64,000 nucleotides of DNA, taken from a virus. The notes below the pieces were generated by a model, which saw only the letters and a program-made list of their open reading frames with translations, was not told the DNA's origin and made no database searches. The translations under genes were made by a program, and so were the position numbers. Where the stretch lies: the IMG/VR virus record IMGVR_UViG_3300028392_001993, positions 96,001-160,000 of that record; one strand, written 5' to 3'. Of the stretch, positions 8,915-23,400 are shown one piece after another; position 1 is the stretch's first letter; every line of letters starts with the position of its first letter.

Positions 8915-10648
8915 TTAGTTCTTGATGGTTACAATTGCTTCAATTGTACCTGATTCTGGGGTCAGCTTGTCAACCAAGCTTCGTCCGATTACGTTGAATG
9001 AAGTGGCTTCTCCAGATCGAGCCGCTCTGGCAATGCCCAAACCTGCTGAAACCAATCTGTCGCCTTTGCGTATCGTGCCTGTTACTTTGACTGGGACACG
9101 TCCGGTCATTGCAACTGGAGGATGTGTGTCGTCTTCGCCAGCACCACCATTCATCAAGTATGCCGCTCTAGTACTTATCACACCAAATACATTTTCGCTT
9201 AATTCTGTAACGGATCTAGTGATTTCTTGTGTGCCGCCTAGTTCAACCACTGTGCCTGCTTCAAGCACTTCGTCTGCGGCAAAGCGTTCTGCAACGTCAG
9301 CATAAAGTGCTGTGGTAGCAGTGGCAAACAATCTGTTGAAGTAACTGCTGGAACTACCAATGTTGCCCACAGCGTTGGTACCTGTGTGTGCAATACTTTG
9401 TGCGCTGACCACGTTGGCGTACATTGTGCTAGTATCAACCACAATCACGTTGGCTGTGCCGCCAATACTGACGGTGAAATTGCCCCCGCTGGTACCAATT
9501 AAGGCATTGGATGTACCATTTTGAATTTGGCTCACGCTGACCGCGGCGCTGATACCTGTCAATTGGCTACCGTTACCAATGATGTAGCTGCCGGTTACGT
9601 TGCCAACAGCACTTACCAACCCACTGGTTAAAATATTGCCAGAAGTGATGTTGCCAGTTGTCGATACAGGAGCTCCAGCTGGTATAGTTATATTACCAAT
9701 AAAGTTTGCGCCATATACATTACCGCCTGCTGAGACTATACCTGCTGTTAAAATGTTTCCATGTATGGCATTACCAGTACTGGACATTATACCGGTGCTG
9801 AAAGTGTTGCCAGAAGTGATGTTGCCAGTTGTGGAAACTGGGGCTCCAGCTGGTATAGTTATATTACCAATAAAGTTTGCGCCGTACACATTGCCAGCGG
9901 CTGATACCACGCCTGCAGTCAATACATTACCACCAGCGATGTTACCGGTAATGTTGCCATAGCCAGTGATGTTAGCACCGGTGCTGGTAAATGTAGCGGT
10001 TGTTGCTCCTCCAGCACTGACTACTACGTTTCCTGCGCCAATTAAATTGCCACTGATGTTAGTACCAGCGGCATTGCTCATGGTCATACCTTTGTAAACT
10101 GTTGGGAACAAGGTAGATGTAGGAGCTGCCGCAGTAAATGTAGAGTCGTTATTAAAGATTGCTACTCGCACGTTGTTAACATATAGTGTTGTTACATAAT
10201 GTGGGGTGGCTCCTGAATCATTAACAGTTTCGGGGATTGCACCTGCTGTGCCAGTTGAACTAGAATAGGCGGGCCCTACTACAAGGAAACCAGTTCCTGT
10301 ATAAACTTTTACTTGTTGATTAACTGTGTCATACCATAGGTCGCCTGTGACATTTGATGTTGGAGCTGTGGCGCTGGCTGTTGCCGCGCTGATTGTTTTG
10401 AATGTTGAACCGTTATAAACTTTGAGCAAACTGTTGGTTTTATCCCACCAAAGTTGTCCAGTTAATGGTGCTGGCGGGGCGGTGGTATTTGATCCATTTT
10501 CAAGCAGGTGTATAAAGTTATCATCTAAGAACTGCCCGTACCCAGCATAGTTTTTACCCACTAGCGTCATGCTACTGGCGGTGTTTATGGTTCCATCGTT
10601 GACGGTAGCAAAAACTGTTCCGTCTGTAAGATTAATTGTATATGCCAT
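8915..10648 (-). CDS. Tail fibre/spike with C-terminal intramolecular chaperone (peptidase G2-type IMC)
   Basis: N-terminal GQLWWD/GDLWYD baseplate-attachment-like motifs and GNIT/GNV repeats. The C-terminus YADVAERF...GTVVELGG...FGVIST...YLMN...PVAMTGRVPVKV...GDRLV is typical of autocleaving chaperones. Confidence 0.75.
   Translation of the reverse strand: MAYTINLTDGTVFATVNDGTINTASSMTLVGKNYAGYGQFLDDNFIHLLENGSNTTAPPAPLTGQLWWDKTNSLLKVYNGSTFKTISAATASATAPTSNVTGDLWYDTVNQQVKVYTGTGFLVVGPAYSSSTGTAGAIPETVNDSGATPHYVTTLYVNNVRVAIFNNDSTFTAAAPTSTLFPTVYKGMTMSNAAGTNISGNLIGAGNVVVSAGGATTATFTSTGANITGYGNITGNIAGGNVLTAGVVSAAGNVYGANFIGNITIPAGAPVSTTGNITSGNTFSTGIMSSTGNAIHGNILTAGIVSAGGNVYGANFIGNITIPAGAPVSTTGNITSGNILTSGLVSAVGNVTGSYIIGNGSQLTGISAAVSVSQIQNGTSNALIGTSGGNFTVSIGGTANVIVVDTSTMYANVVSAQSIAHTGTNAVGNIGSSSSYFNRLFATATTALYADVAERFAADEVLEAGTVVELGGTQEITRSVTELSENVFGVISTRAAYLMNGGAGEDDTHPPVAMTGRVPVKVTGTIRKGDRLVSAGLGIARAARSGEATSFNVIGRSLVDKLTPESGTIEAIVTIKN
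9636..9920 (-). repeat. 171-nt (57-aa) tandem duplication within the tail fibre gene
   Basis: An exact 41-nt match at 9672-9712 and 9843-9883; the peptide GNVYGANFIGNITIPAGAPVSTTGNITSGN occurs twice. Confidence 0.9.
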
Positions 10649-10666
10649 TTCAGTTTCCTGTTTCTA

Positions 10667-10674
10667 TATTTATA
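10667..10674 (-). promoter_or_regulatory. T4-type late promoter TATAAATA
   Basis: Exact T4 late consensus 19 nt upstream of the fibre ATG at 10648, followed by an AGGA RBS. Confidence 0.8.
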
Positions 10675-11275
10675 CAGCGTTGATATTGCTCAAGGTCTGT
10701 ATTCTAAGCGTGTAATCAATCTGAATTTGTCGATTCAAGCTCTTTTGTACCGGGTGAAAAATCACGTGTGTAATCAGGCGCAGATTATCTGCGCTACCGT
10801 TCCAAGTTTTAAGTCCCAGCTCATCAAACACGTATTCACCGTTGTAATTGGTAGAATTGTCAAATGCTTGCTGTTGTGGGGGTTCACCGTAGTCCAACAA
10901 ACAAGTTACCAGGATATCAGTGTAAAGATTACCTGCTGTGTGTAACACAGTCATTTTGTTGTTTTCGGGGTCTGTATCAGCGGCTGAGTTGTCGTCTACT
11001 ACTTTTTGGTATGTTTGGTTATACAAGTCAGCGTTCTGTCCTGTGGTATTTGGGGGCAAATATGTAATAACACCTGTGGGGTCTACACTACTGCCGCCAT
11101 TGCCAAATGCCATTTGATAAATGTAGCCCAGATTACGATCTGCTAGGCTTTGGGCCATTGCTACTGAAATGTTTTCATAGTGAATGGCGTTGTGATCATC
11201 ATAGAATATTTCACCGCTTGCAGGGTCATAGATCTTGACATGCCCTGAAATTTTTGCTAGTCCAGGCTCAATCAT
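10670..11275 (-). CDS. Baseplate/tail structural protein
   Basis: 201 aa; FDELGL...ITHVIFHPVQKSLNR-x-IQIDYTL resembles tail-fibre-attachment/baseplate domains; inside the tail operon. Confidence 0.6.
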   Translation of the reverse strand: MIEPGLAKISGHVKIYDPASGEIFYDDHNAIHYENISVAMAQSLADRNLGYIYQMAFGNGGSSVDPTGVITYLPPNTTGQNADLYNQTYQKVVDDNSAADTDPENNKMTVLHTAGNLYTDILVTCLLDYGEPPQQQAFDNSTNYNGEYVFDELGLKTWNGSADNLRLITHVIFHPVQKSLNRQIQIDYTLRIQTLSNINAV

Positions 11276-11421
11276 GCTCGCCCCTCCACGTAAGTCTTTT
11301 GTGTTTTTGGATCAAACACTCTGAAGTATCCCTGCACGTTGACAGTGCCGGTTTCGTTGGGTTTGCTGAGCTTTTGCTCTTTTTTGGGCTCAACTTGTTG
11401 ATTTTGCTGTGTATTTGACAT
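11272..11421 (-). CDS. Small 49-aa protein missed by the ORF track
   Basis: Hand translation: MSNTQQNQQVEPKKEQKLSKPNETGTVNVQGYFRVFDPKTQKTYVEGRA*. Preceded by GTAAATA (11435-11429); its stop overlaps the next ATG (ATGA). Confidence 0.7.
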   Translation of the reverse strand: MSNTQQNQQVEPKKEQKLSKPNETGTVNVQGYFRVFDPKTQKTYVEGRA

Positions 11422-11440
11422 GGTCTTTTATTTACCTTGT

Positions 11441-14400
11441 TTATAAGCCACGCAAGAACCTTGCGGCTTGGGTATTGGTATCTTGTAGCGCAATTCCATC
11501 GCTGGCTGTGCCATCTCCCTGTGCGTACCAATTAAGACCCTGGCGCACCAAAATTGTAACTTCTGCGCCTGCGGCAGGGGCAGTTAACGGTGGAGATACA
11601 GCATCGTCTATAACAAACTCCACTGCCAACGGATCGTAGTCTGTTATAAAATAACGGTATCGACTGGTCGCTGAGGTATCGCTATAAGCATATTGGCGTT
11701 CGCCGCCTACATATACTTCAACTGCATCTGTTTCCACTGTGGAATCCGCAAAGTCAGCAAATGCTATGCTTGGTGCGTAGAATATTGTAGTGCTATCATC
11801 ACCCATGCTTGAATCGCTTACAACTGAATCTTGATACTTTATAGGCAATAAATTGTTACGTCCCATATCATATACACTAGCACCAGTAGTGTGATCGGCT
11901 GCACTGGTTCCTGCGGTTCCTCGCAACAGGCTCGAAATTGTATTGAGTGCTGTACTTCTTTCGCGGTACATGATACGCTCGCCGTTGATTGTGATTACGC
12001 CAAAGATTCCTAACACTAAATCAGGGGTGCTTAAACGACTTGCATCTGTTACGTAAATAATATCAGCAGTGCTTGACAAATCTTGTGCTAGAGTTGTGGT
12101 TGTAGCCTCAGTAATTCTATAGGTTGCCTGCACTCCACGCATGTCTTGGAATATGCGGAAAGCCATTGCTTCTGGCACAACGCTATTGGTAAATTCTTCA
12201 ATTACCATAACTTGAGATGCGCCAATTGCACCACTGGCTAAAATTAAGTAATCGCCTTGGACAGAGTAATCCACACCTTCAAACAATCTGTAACCATCTA
12301 ATGTAACCCACAGTCTACTGGCATTGTTTAAACTTCGTTCTAGATAGAAATCATTTGAGGCGACAGAAGTACCTACAGCGTAGTCAAACGATCCGGAAGT
12401 AAAATCAGTTGTGGCTGGAGAATAAACTGTGCTATCATAAGGTTCTGTAATTGTTAGGCCTGAAGTAATTGGACCTTGAAACACCAAGGTCAATGGCCAT
12501 AATTGTGCAGTATCATTCCAGGTAGTAATACCAAATATGTCATTCAAATTGACGGTGGCTCTAACTTGTAACTGATTGCCAACAATTATATAATCTGCCA
12601 CGGTGCTTACAGCAATTAAAATTCTTGCGCCGCTGACCGGAGGAGTAGTGAACACCACCTGACGTCCTGGCGTGTTGCTACCTGTCCAGTTGGTCACACT
12701 ATATGTTCCTACTGTGGCGCCGGCATTTTGCACTTGTAGTATGTTGTCAACCCAGACGCTTATATCTGTTGTTGGATTGATAATTTGTTGGCTGTATCCA
12801 CCGCGTTGTGGCAATCCAAAGCTCACACTGGAATCATCGCCGATCCATTCAATACCTTCAGCTGGCCTTAGTCTCAGACCATTGCGTGTGACCACTGCGT
12901 TGACTGAATTTGATCCTTGTAGACTATTGGTTAAAACTATGGTTTTGTTAGTTACAATACTGCTGTCAGCTACAGTATACTGTGTTTGTGGAGTACTCCA
13001 CGAATATGCTGTAGATGCATTTCCAGTACCAGATCCAATTCCAGTGGCAATAAAACTAACACTTAATGTACTGGATGCGGCGCTAATTGCTGTCCAGTTG
13101 GTTGTGCCCACTTCGGTAATTGTATATGATTTGCCTATTACAAAATTGCCAGCATCAATGGTGTTTACTCCAAATGCCACCAAGGCAACACCATCGGTTA
13201 GGCCAGGATCAGTACCAAGGTCAACTAGACTTTGTAAAGTTGGGGTAAATTCAAGCCAGTACAAAGGATTAGAGATGCTTGTGCCAACTGGTACAGTTTG
13301 TAGCGCACGATAGTAATTGCCGCTGTCGTTGACAACGTCTAGAGTGTTATAGGTATCTAGGATGTTCCAAGCGGTACTTTCAGTATATGGAATCCAACTC
13401 ACACCACTAATGATGCTGCCATTTATAAAAACAGCCACACTGGTAATTTCAGCAGAGTTGACTGGAATTATCACAGTCTCTCCAATGTCTCCGCCAATAT
13501 AGTTGGCGCGATATAATTGGCTGCCACCACCTAATTCAAACACATTGATTTGGAATTGGTCGCCTGATGATACTGTCACTGGTACTACAGTTTGATTAAC
13601 CCAGTCAATAGTGTAATCAACATCACGTGTGAGATCTTTTCCTGTAGTAATATCGCTTACTAATACTTCTACTGGGTGATCAACCACATTTGCCCAACTG
13701 TATTCAAGTGCAATAGCAGGGTCATATGTGTAGCGCACTGTGCTCCATTGGAAACCGTGTCCGTCTCTGTTCCAGTCAGCACCAGGGCGTGTGTAAACAC
13801 GGAAGTCAAGGGTATCAAATTCTGCACCGTTGATCAATTCTTCAGGTGAGTGCCCTTCATACAAGCCAATGAATTCGCCGCCATCTATATTGATGTCTGT
13901 AGGCAGGTCGCCTAGTGTAGTGTCTGTAAATTCACTAGAGTAGGTAGCATCTATACTTAAAGGATCGCGCAAGAAGTAGTCGCCGTACACCTGTACGCCA
14001 GGGTAGTCAACTCCATCAATTAACAATGGTAACTCAAGTCCTGGCTGATTAACTCCAGGTACATAGTATCCCATGGTACGATCAACACCTGTTAAGTTTC
14101 TAGCAGGTACTACAGTCCAATCTTCAAGATTAAATGCAGGGCCAACTACTGCGGTTGAATCAGCAGGTGTGGCTTGCCATACGCGATCTTCATATCGTAC
14201 CAACATACCAGATTGATATGTTCCATCTGGGTTCCAGGTCATTACATCACTGAAGTATTGGAATCTGTCGTATTTTATTACTGTGCGAAAACTACGCACA
14301 AGATTGTTGTTCATTCTGGCATAGGCACGGGCTTCCGTTCCGTTGCCACCGTCAAATGTGATAGCAGGTGTTTGGCTATATCCAGATCCTGGATTTGTAA

Positions 14401-17400
14401 CGTTTACTGCAACTACTTTTCCTAAACTGTTAATAATTGCAACTGCTTCAGCTGACTCAACAGCATCACCTGTGATAACCACTAGAGGTGGTTCTGTATA
14501 CCCCGAGCCGCTGTCAATAATTTCTACGCTATCCAATACTAACAAATAATTGCTATACCACTGATTGTAAGGCCAAGTGGTCCATACAGCACTGGTTGCG
14601 GGCAAATCGCTTTGTGTATTTGTTTGAGAATTAAACGCATCGCCGTGAGCATATGGCAACAAGATTGGACTTGTAAACGTAGGTACTTCTAACGCGGTAT
14701 TGTAATATGCCGGCAAATCAAAGTCAGTTAGATCACCAAAAAACTCGTCAAAGCCAGTGTACTTTAGATTGAACTCGCGAACACTAACGTGATATGGTTT
14801 GACTTCTTGGATATAGTCTTGTACAAACTCCTGGTTGTCAATCACATAGTTTTGATACGGAATCAGTTGACGAATTCTGTGATCCACATCAATCAAACTG
14901 GTCTTGACCAGCCACTCTGGTGCTGAAAATTCACTCAACACAAAGTTAAACATTAGCACCAAGGCTTTGTTGCGTTGGATAGCAAGATCATCTATTAGTA
15001 GTTCTTGATTGATGGCCTGAATGATTTTGCGAGTTTCTGTCACGGGCTCTTGATCAAAATATTGAGCATCAAAAACTTCAACGTCAAATCCAAAGCGTCC
15101 TAGTGCGTAGTCCCATAATTCAGCAGAGAATTCAATGGTGCCGTCTTGCAATGCAACTCGTTCCCATCCTAGATCAGTCAACAAATAAATTTCAAATTTG
15201 CCTTGAGCATTAGCAGTGACTTTGACACTGCTACCAATAGGAACAGTAAGGGTTGCCAACACTGAATAAGTAGCAACTTCTGCCACAACCTTGGTACTAG
15301 AATTGTAACCAGGACGATACCAATTGATATAACTCCAGTAATCTGGTGTGTTGTATCCTTGCACCCGAGTTAGAGTTAATACTCTTGTGCCAGGTGCGGT
15401 ATCACTTTCTTCAACTGTGTAGATTGTCCACAGGCCGCGATTGAGACTGTCAGTGGCCACAAGGTATTTGTAACCTAGTGGAATAGATCCGTTGGGATTA
15501 CTCCAGTATGGGGTTTGAAAACTCAGTATCTCTAGGTTGGCTACCTGTAGATCCCACAGAGTTTCAGTCACGCTATCAACTACCACAGTCTGCGGAGGAA
15601 TAGGTTCGCTACTGTTGAGCAGATAGAATGATCTACTTTCACTAATAGGATACTGTGCTAATACTGCATTCACCCGCTTCAAATAGTTTTTCAATGCAAG
15701 GAAGCGATCCACAAACATACTCTGACGCGGACGGAACTGAACCCCATAACGCTCCGACGGGCCAAGGTTAGGGTCAGGTACTTTGTTGCCAAATGTATCT
15801 ACACCGCAAAAACTATCTTGAAGTTTGCGATACAAATTATCGCTCAAGAAACCGTCAGCACGATCTTGTGGGATTAACTCATATTCAACGTGAACGTTAT
15901 CATTATTATACTCACGATCATATTCAATACTAATGATAGTATCGCTGGCGCTGATGTAGTCCGCACTGTTGTACAATGCAATTGTACTGGCATTGATTGG
16001 TGCCATATAAGGAATACCACTGGCCTTGGGATCGGTAATGTAGGATGCAACTGTACTTGCTGGCAATGTTTTGCCAAGTTGCGAGGATGTCACAGTAATA
16101 CCACGCACCCAGAAATAATAATAGGTAGCAAATGTTCCATCTTGTGATAGATTGCTGTTTATAGTATAAGATGTTGTATTTAAAGGCGTGCCCTCACCAA
16201 CATAGTTTGCAGGCGGTGTATTGCTTTGCACCCATTGATACACATCAACTGTGCTACCAGGGAATAGTTGTGCCCAACGACGGCTGGCGTATGTGATTGA
16301 ATCTTGGTTAGGATCAATAAATCTTACCGAACTAATATCCCACCAAATTTCTCCCACGTGGCTTGCAAACCATGTGGTGTTGTTTAAGTTTGTGCTACCG
16401 GTATTGTAAGAGGCAGGATCTACTGCACTAACATAATCAATATTGGCGCGGGCCGCGCCAAGAATCTTGCCTTGCAACGGGTTGATAAAGTCCAAGAACT
16501 CTGTTCTAGCACTGGTGATTCTATCATACAAGAACACACTATTCAACAGTCGAATATCAACTGTGGGTTGTTCAATTTCTACCACAGCCCAGGCCGGTGA
16601 ATTGGTTGGGTTCTCAAACACAAACACAGCACCAAAGTTGGCTGCACTATCGCCAGCATCATCTTTTGGTGCGCCAACCATTAGCACACCCGAAGTATAA
16701 TTCACTGCCGCTCCGAATTGATCGTATGGTCCAACCTGACTATTGTTGACCTGTTGTCCAAACACAAACTTACCTGGATTGGTTATGCTCAATGAATTGC
16801 TAGGCAAATAATCAAATGTATAAATTGCGCCGCTTTGAATGATTACCGAGAAAAATATGGTACTGCCAGCATCAAAATATGTTGTGCCATCATCAAATAC
16901 AGTTTCAAGATATAATGTACCACGTGGTGCGCCAACTACTAAGTTAATAGCATTGTCGTTGATACTGATAGCACTGCCAAAGCCTGCATACTCTACTGGG
17001 TACGGGCTGGTGATTGATTGTGTCCAGGCAAATGTATTAAATCCTAATGTAGTAAACGCTGTGCCTACACTGCCTGGAGCCACTTGCACTTTGTTAAATG
17101 GTGCGGCAGCGTCAGAATTTTTAACACTGATTGTGAGATAGCCTGTGGTGCTTACTGTGGCCAGCACGTTTGGCACTGTGTTGTTGATGGCTGTGGCCAA
17201 ACTTGCCACTGTGGTACCAGTCAACATCACATCCTGGTTGTTGACTCTTAGAGTATTGCCCACGGTCAGCACAGGATTGGCCACTGTGGCAGTGATTGTG
17301 CCGTAGATACGACTTTGATTTACAAAACGTTCAACTATGCCGCCTTTGAATATTTGCACACTACTCTGTGGCTCGCCCACATACAGGCTACAGTTGTTGT

Positions 17401-20400
17401 CACAGATGGCCACGGCCTGACCAAAGTTTGAATAGTTGGCCGCTGTGTTTTGTGCGACTGTTTGCAACAGGTTAAACTGGTTAGTTTCAATCTCAACTAT
17501 ATCACCCACCTGCAAGTCCGCAAAGATTGTAACTGTGTTACCACTTACTGTGAACGAGTCCGGGGCGTTGATCACGCTGTTGGTTTGATTGATGTAGAAT
17601 TCGTTGTTGACAATCACGCTTACAGGTGCAGTTGGGGTAGTTCCTAATACTGTGAAGCTCACGCTAGATGGATCTTCACCATAGATGAATCGTTGTACAT
17701 TGCGATCAAATACGTAAACTTGTCCAGCTTCTGCATTGCCGTTGACTGTGGTATAAGGTGTACCTACCATGACCTGACGACCGTCTGTGGTGCAAGAAAT
17801 GCTGTGACCAAAACGATCTGTTGCGCCAAGCCCAGCCACTGTCAACGTGTTTACATATTCAAAATAGCCTTCGGCTTTTACAACTATAATATTACTGCTG
17901 ATATAAGATCCAGTAAATGTTACAGTTGTGCCAGAGAATGTATAATCAATATTGGGACGTAATAGTGTTCCATCAACTGTGATACTAAACGAATAAATGT
18001 TTGTGGCAGTGAACAATCCCGGCAGCGACGAGGAAACTCCAGCAAGGTTGTATGTTGATACAGTGTATGGAATTTGGAAACTGTTGTATCGTGCAAATTC
18101 AATTATTATATTAGCAACGGCTGTTCCTGTGCCGGATCCAACACCAGTAGCAACAAATGTGACTCCTACTGTGTTTGAACTTGCACCAATTGCCACATAG
18201 TCCGTGGTTCCCACGGTTAAAATAGTATATGTTGTCCCAATGTTAAACCCTCCAGCAGTAGTTTTGCCAGGAATAGATGTGAATGTAACAATATTAAAGT
18301 TATTGTCAATGGTGTAATCAACATTGACTGTTTGTACTTGTCCATTCAAAGTTACCTTGAGTTGGTACTCGTTGTTGATTTGAATAGTACTGTTTATAGC
18401 ATAAGAAGTTGTTGTGCCATCAGCAAAAACTTTGATAAACTGACTTTGCCAATCAACATACCCGTAGGCGTGTATACTGTTTAGGCCTGGAGCACCAATA
18501 TACATCCAACGTTCATCTAAACTCATTGCTACTGAATAACCAAACTCGCCTGCGCCAGTTAGTAGTGTTCCATAGCCTGCGGGTTGAGTGAGCAACTGCC
18601 ATTGACCATAAGGAATGACCCCAGGTGCTCCCAGTTGTGGATCACGATAAATCACACAGGCATAACCGTTGTTGGCTTGACTACCGGACCCTAAACTGGC
18701 ACTTGCACCTGCTACTGCCCAATTTTGATTGCCAAAGTCCACAGCATTACCATATCCGCGTACACCTGTTACATCTAATGTAAGGATAGCATCACCTTGA
18801 CCCACTGGGCTTACTGGAGTGTATTGATCGCCATAGCTCTTGACATACACATATATTGCACCTTTTGTGGTGCCGGTATTAAATCCATAATTTGGACTGC
18901 CTACCAAGGCGGCCAGTTTATTTCTAGCCTGAGCAACACTTTGGCCGTATTGTTCGTTGGCGTCTAATAGTACAGGATTTAATGCAATGATGCTTGAGAA
19001 TACATTGTTCTTTTGTAGTACTTCCCATAGCCCTGCACCATTGTCGTCAACCCAAACTTTGGCACCTGGCAAAATATTCAATGCGTACGGCAACGTGTCA
19101 ACATCGCTGGCCTGACTTATTCTTGTGGTTTGTAAAGTAAATCCAATTCCCGATCCATTGGCCACAGAACGGTTGCTAGTAAATGTAAATGCAATATTCA
19201 CTGTGTCAAGATTTGGCACGCCAAGTACTGTGTATACTCCATTGATTTCAGTATCAAAGAATTTGATGATTAGTTTATCGCCAACACTTAATTTGTGTTG
19301 GTCGTTAAAGATCACACGACTTGTGCCATTTAAGTTATCACAGACGTGCTGGATTTGCCCTGGCACTGCCTGGGCACGATAGATGCCCCAGTCATAATTG
19401 TTAATCTTGGCAACCCAAATGCTAGTACCTACTTCAATTTTGTCTATATTGGCAGCAAGACTGCTTGGATTTGCAATGTCAAACACTGTGATATCAGTGT
19501 CGTCAAGACTCACATACCCGGCAGTCGGCAATCCAATATCAGTTGGCAGTTCAGTTGTGGTAGGAAGAATGTCAGTACTGGTAAGTTTATAACTTGAGCG
19601 CCACACATCAGTTAGATATATTTGTTGATCTGCTTGACTTGGTTCTTGTGGTACTGTAACTTGTACCAGACTAGGATTAGAACTTAATAGTGCTCTATCC
19701 AAACGCAACTCAAGGAAACTACGATTAGCATTAGCACCATACACCGCACGTTGCACTGCCCAGTTTTCGTAGATGGTGTAGTCGGCGGCTTCTTTGCCTA
19801 GATTGGCTGCTTTGAAAAGATCAGCGGCTAAGATGGTGCCTTTGGTTCCCAAAAACTGACGATACACGTTTACTTGACTCACATCGTCAAGGTTCAATGC
19901 GGCTAGATATTGTCGTGGTTTAAATCCTATCAGACCATATGCCAATAAATCATTGTCAGTCTCAATGTTTGCGGCGTTGATGTTGTAACTATTGGCCAAT
20001 TGATCGGCCTTGTTGGCCAAGTTAGGTAACAGTCCGAGTTGAATTTGATTGTAGTTGCTTTGTGCCCAGACATTGAAGTCAAACTTTGTGCTAGGCTGAA
20101 CAATGGTCAATGCCGACCAATACACATTTTTGTACTTGACAATTTGTCCTTTGGTGTATCGTTTTAGTCCAGTCCACTCTTGGACGTTGTCTTGATTTAA
20201 AATAAATCCTGGAGTATCTACCGATCCATTCCAGTCATTGGTAGTAACTGCCACAAGGTTTAATCTATTTTGTCTTGCCCCAGTTATAGGATCGTAAATT
20301 AAGTCTCCAAACACACTCTTGTTACTTAATACAATCATATGTTCAAAATTAGTAAATCTTAAGTTGATGTAACTGATACTTTGTGTGCTCAATGGTTGTA

Positions 20401-23400
20401 TAGTAAAGGTATTGCCTAATCGAACAACGTTCAGAGTCCGGGTGGGGATTTCATTTGAATTTTGGTCTAGCAATAAGTTTTCGCTGGTCTCAGTTACAAT
20501 GCTATCTACTACAGCACCTGGGCGAGTAACAGTCAGCCCCATAGCCAGTGGATTTAAATTAATAATAGCATTAGAACCCCAACCTTGTTGACTCCAATAC
20601 AGGAACTCATTGACCATTCTTGACCAATCAAGAATATAACCATTAACTATATTAGTAAATGTTAAGCCTTGTTTTTCTAATAGTTTTCCGTAACTGAGCA
20701 AGAAATCACTCACCGCAGTTTCGTTTGCAAACACAAATCCATAAGGAACTTGTGTTACGTTATTTGAATAAAAAGTTGGTACTCGTACAGTAATACCACC
20801 GGCACTGTATTCTTGTAATTTTCCTACTGCTTGACTTTGTAGTATTTCAAAATAGGCCTGTGATGAACCGTATCCAAATACGGCATAGCCGCCGCCGCCA
20901 TCTACCTTTTGTACTGCTACACTACTGTACCTAATTTGATCAAATGGTTGGTTTTTGTACAACAAGATGTTGTAACTTTCGTCTGGGATTGTTAGTGTTG
21001 TATTGGTACTGTTAGGACTAGATTTTTCAGTCAACAATTTAATATATTGTTTGTCTGAATAACTGGCCATTCTGTAACACAATCTAACATCCAGCGCCTT
21101 GAGGTCAGCCGTTAACAAATCAGTTGAGTCTATGCCAGTTTGTCTATTGTAATCCACAATCCAGTTGATGTAACTGGCCTTGCTAGTGCCATTGCCATAC
21201 ACTTCAATACCGTTGGCATCTAGTCTATAACGTTGATTGTAAAGGAACTGATTATAGTCAGTATCAAATTTATATAAATCTCGATCAGCAAACAGCGCAA
21301 AGAACTTGGCAGGACGAGTCACTGCCAATACATGCATTACCGAGAATGGATATCCACTAGAGTTCCACCAAGATGCTTCAACTGGGCCACCGTCGCCAAT
21401 TGCCCAACTCTTTTGGTATCTAGAACTGATGTTTTGATTTAATGGTACGCCTCCCACAACACTATCTCGTGGGCTCAATAGTTCACCTTCACCTCCTGTG
21501 GGAATAACCGAAGTTAAGCCAGGTCTTGAGTATTTGGGTTTGTAGTAAGGTGCAACCGGATCAGCCACAAGACCAGCTTCTAGGTCATCCCACAACACCA
21601 AGTTGTCAGCGGTATATGGAGCTGGACCATAACGGCCGACCCACCATGAGGGTTCAACTTCTAATCCCAACATTTCCCAAGGTGAGTAACTGGGTTGTTG
21701 CGTGTCGTAAAAGTAGCGATAGATACCGCGCCAGGCGCCTAGTAAATTTTGCTTATTGAGTTTGTTGGTATCACTGGTATAGTTCCATGTAAATTCATTG
21801 GTGGCACTAAACACTTGTTCGTTATAGTTTAACTTGTTCCATCCGCAATAACTCAATAGATCTGTGCCAAAAATAGTATTGATTTCTTCAAAGGTATATC
21901 CAGTGTCACGGAACTGTCCAGGTAACACATCTTCCACAGTGAGTGGTACAGGATTGCCATCTTGTTTGATGTTGCTGTAAATTCTAGTTTCAAATTCTAA
22001 CAACACCTGATCACGAATGTCACCAAACACCGGAGTTTCACTACCGTCGTGGCCGATGATAAATTCACCTGTACCGTTTGAGGTTACCAAGGTTGTGATT
22101 TCTGGTTGCCATTTTGGATATAACCCCATTTTACTAGGCGTATTAGGTACAAAACTTCCGTAGGTGGCGTTGTATTCGTTGATAATAACAGTATCGCCAA
22201 TAGCAAGTGTAGCCGATATTGTCAAACGTGGACCGTCTACCGCCACAACATAATCTTTGTCTCTTGTTAAAATATCATTGTTTAGATATACACAAAGACC
22301 AAGATAGTTAGATGATGTGTAGTTGTACACCTGTACAGTATCAAATGTGGCCCGAGTTGTTAGGCCCACAGTATAGGTATTACTATAAGTTGTAACACCT
22401 TGGGGAATCATATCGCCCCAATAGAATGGTTGGGTATCTAATTTTCCTAAAGTGATATCTTGTATGGCCTGATCAAGAATACTAGAGGTAGTTTTAAGCG
22501 CAATGTTATTTTGAATCAACACAGCATCCAGCATCTGTGCTTTGAACTTGATATATTCGCGACTGTTGTATTGTAATGATTCAAATATGTTGTAACTAGG
22601 ACTACGCATAAAGTAGCCGGCCAAAGTTAACGGGCTACTTTGTTGTAGAATTTCTAATCCGTAAGGAATGATGTTGCCAAGGTCTCTGCTGTTGTTTGAT
22701 CCGTTGATTGGTCCAGTTAAGGTCAATAGATTTTCACAGATACTTTCATAGTGTGTGCGTATGGTGCCCAATGTAAATGCAGGACTGTTTGAATTGAAAG
22801 GATTGCTTTGTAAGTTGTTGGGTACTTGATAAAATCCCACATTGCTGGTTTGGTCGCTTAATGCCAATACTTCAATAACATCTGTGGGTAGATATATATC
22901 AGTTAATGTAATAACTGTGTTATCTGTTCCCACAGTATAAGTGTACATACTTGGTTCAATAAACACACTACCAACATAAACTTTTATTACAGGAAATGCA
23001 ATCGATGATTGTGCTAATACTGGAACATCAAGTTTAAGAGTTTGCCCTGTATAGGTAAACTTAAATTGTTGATAAATTTGCTGTGTTACAGCCGCAGTTT
23101 GCCAACCAATCAGTTTATGATATGTTACTCGATCTTCGTACTCTCTAGCGGCACCAGAACTGATAGGATAGGTAGTACTTACATTGTCAATAGTATAAGT
23201 GAACGTGTCAACATACAAGTTATTGTCAAACAAAATATCACCAACGTTGTTGATGTTTAGATATTGTAAGGGGAATTGCAATACAGGATCAAGAATGGTT
23301 GTGTCGCCCACAGCATAACTGAATAATTTTGATCCTGTAAAGTCACTTGATTGGTATTTGACTTTGTTGCCAAAGCTCACACCTTCCGTGTCATACACAT

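Noticed and set aside
11268-11531. 87-aa minus-strand ORF from the track
   Set aside because: It overlaps the end of the giant gene and has no plausible start; the 49-aa ORF 11272-11421 in another frame has a promoter, coupled stop and homology to its neighbour.
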